Source of the DNA: Lama guanicoe
Taxonomy: Eukaryota
Length of the DNA stretch: 64,000 bases
Assembly: GCA_013239625.1 (NCBI GenBank)
Contig: MU054187.1
Span: 24,802,433-24,866,432, forward strand
Direction: 5' to 3'
Part shown: piece by piece, positions 54,601 through 64,000 of the stretch
Layout: each line of letters starts with the position of its first letter
Position numbering within the stretch: position 1 is the first letter of the stretch
Translations under genes and position numbers: made by a program
Notes under the pieces: model-generated
Told to the model about the DNA's origin: nothing
Database searches by the model: none
What the model saw: the letters and a program-made list of their open reading frames with translations, nothing else

Positions 54601-57600
54601 GAAATCTGGAAATTTGAAAGGCAAATTAATCTTCTCATATAAATTTAAGTCTAGTTGAATATAGTAATTTGAATTTGACAAATTATAAGCATGGGGGAAA
54701 AATTGGCCTTCAGAAAAGTGGTGTAGATTTTCCAATGAATTATTTTGATTTTTAATAATAAGAGCATATACATTTATAGAGTTTTTACAATATGCCAGGG
54801 TTGATCTATTTGTTTGACGTGTATTGTCACATTTGCTGTTGATGCTCACATGTCACCCCTGTTCACAGCCAAGAAAGCAGAGGCTCAGAGAGGATAAATG
54901 ACCTGCTATCTTGTAGCTTACAGTTTGAGCCAGATTTGAAATCTTGATTTTGAGATTTTTTTTCCTTTTACCATCACTCTCCATTAAAATCTCCAGTCAA
55001 GAAGTTCTCTTAATAAAGTGTTTAAAAAATATACATCCAGAATAAAGTTTTAAATCAGATTTCATTGTCAGTCATTTTCCCAAATTCTGAGGTGGGAAAG
55101 TAGACTGGTATTAAAAAATTACATTTCCTATGGTTAAACTCACATGCTGAAAACCCACTGTGGAAGAAAAGAAGGGAAGTCTAGAGAGGTGCCTGCTTCC
55201 CTGGGAGGGTTATTACGGTTTAGGTATTAAAATAGCTTTTAGATCTATTTTTCCACTGGATGCACTGACCTGGACAAATAGACAAAATAAGACTGGAGAG
55301 GATGGTAGTTGAAGGGAGTAGGTAAACTATTATAAATTTTGGAAAATATAGGGGTTTCCATTCCTTCATAGCTGGTTGAGATTTTTGTATTTGTGTCCCA
55401 TGTTATATACAGGATTTCTTAGCAAGTGATATATGTCAAGTTGGAAAAAAGAAAGGATGAACTTTACATAATACAACTTCCTGGTGACACTAGAGGGCGC
55501 ATTAGAAATTCAGGCATTTCTGCCTCTCCTTTCCCCATTTTATACATGTGATTGGTAGCTTTCAGTTCATTTCTTTCAGTGATTTTTCAGAATCCTTCCT
55601 TTCTCTTGTCACACCTGCTTAACCACACCAGGCATGGTCAACATGCTGCAAACTACTATAGCAGTCTCTTCCCCATTTTCCCATTCTCTCATTCTCATAT
55701 CTCCAATTAACCACCCTCCCCACTGCCTCCCGTGTCTTGGCTGATAACTTAGATTAATGAAAAGAGTTCTGGAATCAGAGTCAGCTCTAGGGCTGCATAA
55801 GTGTTCTGTCACTATCTGCCAGTGAGATCTTGGACACTTCCTTCATCATTTGAGCTTCAGTTTCTTCATCCTAAAAACAAGCGATTTAGGCTAGTGTTCC
55901 CCAACGGTCCCATGTAACAAAAAATTCCATATTCTGGAATACTTACTTAAACTTCTGTGTCTCACTTCTCGCCCTTTAAACTCTTTCTGCCTCAGCAGAT
56001 CTGGAAGTCCTTCCTGAATCATGTTTCAAGTGGTTTGGTCAAATAACTTTTCTATACCTTGTGTATCCTTTTTCAACCAGGCTAAATTTAACCCTTGCCA
56101 TGAGAAATCAACAAACTGAAGCTTGAAAATATTTTCTTTTAATGTGGAAAATATATGGATTATTAATTATAGAAAAAGGCTAAGTACTTTGGAGAAACAT
56201 AGCTGCATTCTGGCTCTTCAACCATTTATTTCTTGTGGGTTTTTTTTTAATTTTAGGCAAATTCTATTAAAGCCATAGGCTTCCCCAACTATAAAATACA
56301 TGCTCATTTTATATTTATATTTATTTTATTTTGTTATCATGAGATCAAATGGGATATCTGAATACACTTTGTAAACTGTGTAATGTTACACAAATGTAAA
56401 TCTTTTTCCTACTGTTACTGCTGTAAAAGTTCCTCAGTTCTTTATTTCAGTCTTCATTAACTTGCTCATCTTCCTCTGTTACCTATATCTAGGTAACACA
56501 GAAATCCCCCTCAGAAATCCTTTTCTTTCTGATGACAGTTTCTTTTCTCAAACCACTGGGGAAATTTCTTTCATCAAACCTCAAGGACAATGTGCCTGCT
56601 AATGACTTCTACCCTCTCATTCAAATTAGACCTCAAATTCTAATTCATAAATGATTATACTATATCATATATGGTAAAATATAGGTTCAAAACAGATTCA
56701 ATCATCTTATCCTTTTAAAAATGTAAAATCCATGTGAATCAGTTCCATGCCTTTTGTACTACTGTTGCAACCTGGTATGAAGAAATTAAAATAAATAGCT
56801 GAGCCTATTTGAGTCCTTCAAAATGAAGTATGTTAAATACAAGATGCCAAACTCTGAAATAACCACATCTATAATTTCACTGATTTCAGACTTTCCAACT
56901 GGTTTTGAATAATTAGACTTATGTCACCTCATTTATGTTCATTTCAAAGTTCTTTTCTTACCCTTGATGATTCTCATCTTGATTAGCTGGCCTCTAAGTC
57001 GGTCTATAAGTCCCATTACTATTAAGTTATCTATTTATATAGTAATGAGTTACACATAGGCAAAGGGAAAGTGTATACTCTGGGGAAATGTTTTAATTAC
57101 AAAGATAATAATAGTATGCCCTTCCTTAACTCTATTTGTAGTAGCTATTTAAAAATAAGTGTACTTCACATTGACATCACAGGTGTCCTATAAGATCAAT
57201 TATTTAAAAACCAGGTTAGTTCTCTGAATCAAAGGTAAATTATGACTAAATGTTGTTGACAGCCAAAATTCTTCACAGTCTTATACACTAAGAACGTTAT
57301 ATAAAGAACATGATTATGCCTGTAATTTGGCGTATTTTAAAATATGACCTTATTCATTTTTCTGGGCAAAGCTGTCCACTCAATTTCTCTAACCAGGTTG
57401 GAGAGATAAAGAAAGTAGCTGAGACACTAGATTTTATAAAAGTAGACATGAGGGAAACAACAGCTGTTTCACAAATCTGAGAATGCCGGAGAATCTATGC
57501 ATAGTCAAAGTTTTGCTTCTTTGATTCATTGACCAAAAAAAAAAAAAAAAGTTGCCCTCGATAGGAAAAGTCATTGTCAAAAGGTAAGACTTGACGCCCA

Positions 57601-60600
57601 CAATTTTAACTTTTAAAGTCTCAAAAGCTATCTGTACCTATAACACATCATGAAATAGTCACTCAATTTAGCTGAGTTCTTGTGTTTTTGTAAGGCCAAC
57701 TGCCAATCTAGACTGAAATTTCAGAAATGAGTGTGCAGCTTTTTGCTATGATATTATCATAGGGACTGCAAATACTTCATTTTATATTCTAACAGAAAAG
57801 TCTACACTGTTAAATAATAAGAAATACTGATGAACCCTGTCCTTGGTTGGTGTTTTATTGAACTGAGGCTGGGTAACGTATGGGACGGGTACTCATCTAC
57901 AGGTTGGAGACTTGAGCCTGTAACTGCACCAGTGCCAGCAAACAGTTGCATGGCCAAAGGCAAGTCATTTCACTTCTCCAGGCCTTACATTCATAAAGAA
58001 TTAAATTTTGACTTTGGATTATGCAAACTCTTAAGGGTCTCTTTAATTTCTGAAGGGTTTTTGATTTTATGTTTCTGAACAGAAGATAACATGTTACTTA
58101 AGTAAACTAAGCCTCTTGGAACAGGTCTTCCAAATCATGTTTGAGTTGGATACAACTACTAAAAGCTCATTTATTAAAGCCACATGAGAAAAATGCGTAA
58201 GTTCCTTACCTCTACAATTCCTATTTTTCCATCATCTCTTTGCCCATACTGATCCACAAAAGTTTTCATCTCAGGTGATAACTCCTAAAATTATTTAAAA
58301 AAAAAAAAGAGGTAAGAAGTCTATAAAACAAACAAACAAACAGACAGACAGTATGCTTGTGATAGTGCTAATAATTTGTTGCAAAGAAAAACTGGAATTG
58401 GAACCATTTAGAATTATGCATATTGGTTTTAAGGATATGTTATCCTTTGAAAGTGTAGTCAGAATCATTCAGTTCATAACATTTAGTGAATTTAAATATA
58501 GTGATCACTGTGAATGTACTTTAATATTGTTTGCTTCAGGAAAGATTATTTTATATTGCTGCATTAATTGTCCTATAACATTTTCCTTATTGTAACATGT
58601 TTTATCCATGGAAGTTACAAATACCTGTTTTCAATTTGGACAAGCAAACAATGTGATTATTGAAGGGAAACTCACTTTGTGAGCAAAGAATGTTTCACGT
58701 ATGGAAGTAGCATTCATTGATTAAATAAGTTAAAAAATTAAATATCAGAAAAACGTGTGTCAGGTTAAAAAAAATTACTTGATCAATTTGTACCTTTACT
58801 AGAGACAGACAATACAATGACCTTATTTTGGGTCACTGATTTTATGTACTTAAGATCTTTGCCTCCAAGAGTAATTTAGGGAGCAGCTTTCTAGTGTTTC
58901 CTTGTTTCCATTTTTCTCAAGATGTTTTCTCTGTCATTTATTTTTGTACATAAGATGTGTTTAAGAGTGACAAAAGTGAATGCTTTTATCTCATTTGACT
59001 TATTTTTTTCATTCTATTCTATTGCTTATATAATCTCCTCAAATATTGACAGATTAGAGAGCTCTGAACTGTAAACTAGTGATCTGAACATAGAACTAGT
59101 ATTCAGGAAGTTGGATTCGTACCCTTGGGTCTTCAACATAGCCCAGCTCAAACAGCCCTGTCACATTAACTGAAGCCTGTGTAAATAGGTCAGCCTTCGT
59201 AAATGTCCTATTCTGTGTCCTTGGAAAAGTAAGTTAAGGTCTCAGTTTTTATCATAACTAAAAAGATGATGGTATTATCTATTGCACAAGTTTGTTCTAG
59301 GGATAGATGGGTTAATATAATTTAAGGGCGAATATTATTATTACTAGTTTAATAAAATCCTGTTAAAAGTAAGTATCTTTGGTAGAACTGAGGTAACAAA
59401 TCATAACTAAGTAAATTAATATAGACTTTAAAAAAACCCTCCCAATATGAATTAATTTTAACTTGCATTTATTAAAGTTTATTACAGAAAACAATTTTAA
59501 GAAAATGAAAGGGGCCATAGTGGGACTATCAGTTGTCATATTGTTCACACATACCTTAAAGTAAACAAAAAACCATCAAGTAAACTGAAAAACAATATAA
59601 TGCCACTAGTTTAACTAGCAGAATTGATGTTTAGTTTATGAGATTTCTGTATGATAATTACGTCAAAATCTGTGTTTTAAACAGTACAAAACATGATAAT
59701 AACAATAAATTAAAGCTTTATAAAAATTAATGCAAACTTAAAGACTATATTTAGTGAAAATGGTAGTTCTGAAAGTATATTGGGCTGTATTTCATTAATG
59801 TTATATTCACTTATACTTAATATTAATGAAAAATTTGAAATTTCACATTACTAATATAAGCCAAACAATCTATCTATTAATACAAGAAAATCTGTTATCC
59901 TATTGCTATAAAAGCAAAGAAACCTGGTTTATAAGGTCAATCGTCAGGTTTTAAAAAAGAGAGAACAAATATATAAAAGTAGATTTACTACAATGGGGCC
60001 AGTACCAAAATATTTGTCTACTATTACAAACCTCGCAATTCAGAGCTGATTTAGATTTTAACTATTCAAAGATTATCTACTTAATTCATAAAATAGTCAG
60101 AAATCAGGGTATTAAGCAATTATAATCCTGTACCTGTGCTCAAATTTCATATAATTGGATTATAATCTAATAATTAGAGCTTCCAAATATTCTAAAATCA
60201 GAAACTTGGAAGAAAAAAAATTAAGCTCTAAAATCTTTAAAACTCTAACATAAAGTCATTGATTAAGAAAAGTTAAACATTAAAATAGGAAGAGGAAAAG
60301 AAAAATCTGAAAACATGTAGAGAGTTTCTAAATATCTGAATTTCTAAGATGAAATAAGTATCAGTATTAAAATTACTTCTAGAAAAATTAAAATATAATC
60401 ATTTAGCTGCTGGAAGCATCTTTCAAGGTTTTAATTAGAAATTTTATGGCAAGTAAGATATTTCAACCAGGTATTTTAAATATATATTTTTTTAAACATG
60501 GAAGAGAAGTTTTTGTTTTATTACTCAAAGATACTTAACTATAATGATATGATAGTATTGCATGAATTTATTTACACAGTAATGTACAAACTGGGGGGAG

Positions 60601-62744
60601 GGTGTGGAGAGAGTATATAAAACATTTTCAGTTTTATTTGATCCTATCTATTATGCTTTCAGATTTATGTAATATTAAACCTTGGTAAAACAATTCCCAG
60701 AGTGCTATCTGGTTTAAAATCAATTTGATCAATGATTTTAGCAACTGATAGTTTTTTAATGCATCATAGTACATTTTAGTGTCCTCTGGGATTCTTGTGA
60801 ATATGTTGTACAGAGATGTGTATCACACAATTTTCAACTTAGACAGAACAAAAAGGTAACTATTAGTAGATTATATATGTATATAAATATATGTATGCTA
60901 TTTTATATATGTAACTCAGTGCTAGAGGTGGTGATCTGTTAAAGGACCACATACACCTGTATTTCCCTCTAGACGTATACATACAAAATCTGTAACGTAA
61001 ATTCTCTTTCTAATGGTAGTCAAAAAGGCCAAAGATTATTATCATCTAACTAGCCCAAATCCAACACTGCTTTCTGAAATGCAGTCCTACGTAAAACCCA
61101 ATAGATTAGTAAAATTCTTAACATTTTTTCCTCTATGCAATCATCTCATCTATGTTTTAAAGCTGGCTGTATTTTACTTTTATGCTGACAATATCTTTTC
61201 TTAACAGATTAATTCACGCCCAAAGGAATTCAGAATTAGTAAAAATTGTCATTTCTTTAATTAACTAATGACTTAAGTTACAAATATAGCTTGCTTTCAA
61301 AACACCATGAATTGCTTCCCATCAGCGTATCATTTTGTTTTTAAAAAAATGTGAAATTCTTAAAATTACTTTTTACACCTCTAACTTTTGTATTTCTCCT
61401 CAACAGAAATGGACACTTTTTTTTTTTGCTATGTTCTTGCTCATTATGATGTTGCAAAGTTGTCCAAATTTCCCCCACCTTAGGAAGTCAGGACAGGACA
61501 TTTTTCATCATTCCAACCACATTAACATCACAAGAATAATAACAGTCAATGGAATAAGAGATCCATAATCTGCAGATTTGTTTCCTGACCAGCAAGGGGC
61601 AGAAATGTATTTCTACCCTCTTACTTACCAGGCTGTTATAGAGAAGATTAAAATTACCTAACTGAACTCAGACGTAGAGGTGGTGATCTGTTAAAAGATC
61701 TCACACACCCACCATTTCCTTTTAAGCACTGTTAAAGAAAGTACAAGTATAGACTTTATATTTTAAAAGGTCTGATTACATATTGTAAGATTTTTTTCCC
61801 TTTAAGGAATTTCTATTTCCCTCTCTCTCCCCTTCTCACTCCCTCTCTGTCCCCCTCTCCTCCACTCCCCTTTCCCCTTCCCCTTCTTCCTTACCCTCTC
61901 TTCCTCCCTACACAATTTGCAAAGGCACTCTTTCTCCCCTTTCTCAGTAAATAAGTGTTTACATTCCAGGAAATTACTCGACCTCACTAGTTCTTTGTGA
62001 GAAAGCTAGAATATCTATTTATTTAAGGGCAAAGGTCTTTTTCCTCCTTTGCAAACTTCAACCTACCAATCCAGCCTTCTTCCGCGCCTGCTGGAGCTCT
62101 TGAATCAAGTTCTGAAGCTCTTTTCCTTCCAGGTAACCACTTCCTGTAAAAACAAAGAGGCACCCAGGTGTCAGACATCTCATTCTGAGTTTCTTCCCCG
62201 TCCGATTTCCACAACAGCCATCTTTCTGGCCACCGGAGAGGTTCTCTCTTGCCTCGGTATCGATTAACCCTCAAAGGATACAGAGGCGGCTGAACTCCCC
62301 TCCCGGGGTGTCAAAATTTAGACCCACTAAGGGCAAAGGAGGATGACTGGGATGCTCAGCGCAGCTGTAGAAACTTTGAGGGAGGCAGAAAGCCTCAATC
62401 CCTGCGTTCTTGCTCCCCCCATCTTTCTACTAGTACCATTCTTGGAGAAAAAAGATTAAGGTTTAGGGATAACATAGAAACAGTAAATTAACTTTAAAAT
62501 TGATGGTTGGCAGCCAGCCAGAGAGAGATTAGGGAGGTGTGGGAAGAAGTAAAGAAAAGAAATGAGGGCTAATCGGATCAGGAGTCTCATGGAAGGGGAA
62601 AAGGTGGGAAAGGGCAGGGTCGAGATCCTTCAAACAGTTAAAAAAAAAAAAAAGAGGATAATCACCGTCAGCGTCGAAATGAAGCCAGATCTCGAAAAAC
62701 TGTGAAGCTGAGATCAGGGATGACTGCAGGTGCGATTCTGCCAT
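42535..62744 (-). CDS. CALB1: Calbindin 1 (calbindin-D28k); 11 coding exons, 786 nt, 261 aa
   Basis: Exons of 79+77+75+84+57+78+56+40+54+72+114 nt splice to [27 protein letters not shown]...[13 protein letters not shown]-hand loops include [27 protein letters not shown] and DQDGNGYID. Confidence 0.99.
42982..43053 (-). CDS. CALB1: CALB1 exon 10 ([24 protein letters not shown])
   Basis: AG/GT boundaries, 72 nt. Confidence 0.97.
43389..44335 (-). mobile_element. Isolated L1 ORF1 fragment in CALB1 intron 9
   Basis: ORF1p RRM/CTD peptide (...[16 protein letters not shown]...[26 protein letters not shown]...); closely similar to 25158..26110. Confidence 0.9.
44675..44728 (-). CDS. CALB1: CALB1 exon 9 ([18 protein letters not shown])
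   Basis: AG/GT boundaries, 54 nt. Confidence 0.97.
44832..44871 (-). CDS. CALB1: CALB1 exon 8 ([13 protein letters not shown])
   Basis: AG/GT boundaries, 40 nt. Confidence 0.97.
44955..45010 (-). CDS. CALB1: CALB1 exon 7 ([19 protein letters not shown])
   Basis: AG/GT boundaries, 56 nt. Confidence 0.97.
47470..47547 (-). CDS. CALB1: CALB1 exon 6 ([26 protein letters not shown])
   Basis: AG/GT boundaries, 78 nt. Confidence 0.97.
50306..50385. repeat. Compound (TCTA)n/(CCTA)n microsatellite
   Basis: Visible tetranucleotide repeats. Confidence 0.85.
50628..50684 (-). CDS. CALB1: CALB1 exon 5 ([19 protein letters not shown])
   Basis: AG/GT boundaries, 57 nt. Confidence 0.97.
50799..50882 (-). 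CDS. CALB1: CALB1 exon 4 ([28 protein letters not shown])
   Basis: AG/GT boundaries, 84 nt. Confidence 0.97.
50980..51260. promoter_or_regulatory. Small intragenic CpG island in CALB1 intron 3
   Basis: About 29 CpG in 51001..51180 within an AT-rich intron. Confidence 0.75.
53781..54141 (+). mobile_element. Old ERVL-type (LTR16-like) solo LTR in CALB1 intron 3
   Basis: TG...CA ends; cctaataaacttcct...ctcag...tgcttcccaggga 3' motif typical of this class. Confidence 0.5.
55484..55502 (+). promoter_or_regulatory. Candidate CTCF site in CALB1 intron 3
   Basis: GTGACACTAGAGGGCGCAT matches the core CCACYAGRGGGCGC at 13 of 14 positions. Confidence 0.6.
58210..58284 (-). CDS. CALB1: CALB1 exon 3 ([25 protein letters not shown])
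   Basis: AG/GT boundaries, 75 nt. Confidence 0.97.
62067..62143 (-). CDS. CALB1: CALB1 exon 2 ([26 protein letters not shown])
   Basis: AG/GT boundaries, 77 nt. Confidence 0.97.
62666..62744 (-). CDS. CALB1: CALB1 exon 1 coding part
   Basis: acaATGG Kozak context; [26 protein letters not shown]; donor G|GTGATT. Confidence 0.97.
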
Positions 62745-62828
62745 TGTACAGCGGAGTGTGTGTCTGCGTGTGTGAATATGTGTGCGTGAGTGTGTCAGGG
62801 CGAGAGTGGGGTGAGAAAGAACCGCAGG

Positions 62829-62875
62829 GTGTGTGTTTGTGTGTGTGTATGTGTGTGTGTGCGCGCGCGCGTGTG
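62829..62875. repeat. (TG)n(CG)n(TG)n microsatellite in the CALB1 5' UTR
   Basis: Alternating purine-pyrimidine tract. Confidence 0.9.
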
Positions 62876-62915
62876 AAGATGAAATTCTGCGCTGCTGGAG
62901 GAAGAGCAGGGCGCG

Positions 62916-62936
62916 GGCGCTGTCCTCGGTGCTGCT
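62916..62936 (-). promoter_or_regulatory. RE1/NRSE (REST binding site) in the CALB1 5' UTR
   Basis: AGCAGCACCGAGGACAGCGCC vs consensus TTCAGCACCACGGACAGCGCC; both half-sites intact with the canonical 2-nt spacer. Confidence 0.88.
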
Positions 62937-62990
62937 CAGCTCAGGCGGTCCTCCGGAGTTCTCTCTCCACACCCGGCACCCAGTGCTCAG

Positions 62991-62998
62991 TATTTATC
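62991..62998 (-). promoter_or_regulatory. TATA-like element GATAAATA of the CALB1 promoter
   Basis: Lone AT-rich octamer in a GC-rich region about 250 nt upstream of the ATG; no ATG lies between it and the start codon. Confidence 0.7.
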
Positions 62999-64000
62999 CT
63001 GACAGCCGGGCCACGCCTCCTCCTGCCTCCGATTCCTCACTCCCTCCTCTTGCTCGCACCAACCTTCTCCCCCTCCCTTCCAGTTTCCCCCTCTCCTCCC
63101 TGGAAAGCTAGCTGGAGCAGCAGTTTTTTGGAGTGTAGGGAGCAGCAGGTGGTGGGAAATCCTTAGCTCAAAGACTGAGTGCTGAAAATAGACTCTTTTC
63201 CCTCCACATTCTTCTGTCCAGAAGGTATCTTCTTCCTAAATATTATAGTAAAATAACGTACTTGAAGAATTTTTGATTTTCAGATGGAAGAGGAAAGCTA
63301 ATGAAGGGTAGAACCACATAAATGATATTTATATTGCATGTGCTATGTGTGTGATTTCTCTAAGATATTTTAGTGTTTGTTTGAAAACAGCCAGGTGAAA
63401 GTTTGGCAAATATTAGATTACTGTGATTACTTTGATTAATGTATACAATCTACTTATATAAATAACTATTCTATTTTGTGCTTGTGGGGACCATCATATG
63501 AATGTTTCTTAAGATGGCTTATATAAACAAGCCTTTACCAACATGAGAAAGCAGGACTATGTTTTTTTTTTTAACTTGTAGTAGAATTATAACTGGAAAG
63601 TGACAGAACTAAACTACAAAATCATAAAATGATAGGAGAAGGAAGTGATCTTTACAGATACTATGGTTTATCTCTGAGTTTAGAAAGAGCGAGCAAACTA
63701 AAACAAAGAGAAACCAAGGATCTGGACCAAGTTCATATCTATGTGAATTAGTGACCCCAGCCAAGGCCCTTCTCAGTGACTGTAACACACATCTCTCTCC
63801 TTTTTGCTGTGCTAAGCAATTCTTATTAAAGAATTTTTCAGAAACTGGAAGTTACCGTCAGAGTTGGAAAAAAAACCTAACTGAACACGTGTTATGTATT
63901 TTAATATAATAAATGATGTATTAGATGATTTATTGTTTACTTCTAAAGTATTTGGTTTTGAATATTTTGAAACTTTAAGTTCTCCTGAAGATGCATCTTA

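Noticed and set aside
62529..63166. Long ORFs (147 and 154 aa) around CALB1 exon 1, suggesting an N-terminal extension or antisense gene
   Set aside because: They run through dinucleotide repeats (HTHT/CVCV). There is no ATG between the TATA-like box and 62744, which has a strong Kozak context.

Overview
Mammalian nuclear genomic DNA containing two complete, convergent, intron-containing genes. DECR1 (mitochondrial 2,4-dienoyl-CoA reductase) is on the + strand: 10 coding exons, 4436..35447, 329 aa. CALB1 (calbindin-D28k) is on the - strand: 11 coding exons, 62744..42535, 261 aa. I assembled both reading frames by hand; all introns are GT-AG and phases are consistent. The rest is mostly eutherian repeats: solo LTRs with target-site duplications (TSDs), L1 pieces, L2/MIR and a Tigger MITE. 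I saw no Alu/B1/Bov/PRE/CAN-type young SINEs, and the young L1 3' ends look cetartiodactyl, so the species is possibly a camelid (inference only). I found no evidence of a new multi-gene system. The most notable observations are: (1) a ~1.9 kb near-identical second copy of DECR1 exons 9-10 across an N-gap, probably an uncollapsed haplotype, carrying a 267-bp tandem duplication that doubles an AATAAA; (2) an orphan CpG island with an NRF1-like site just upstream of CALB1 exon 4; (3) a duplicated ~55-bp element in CALB1 intron 2 that looks like a poison exon; (4) several structurally odd L1 insertions.
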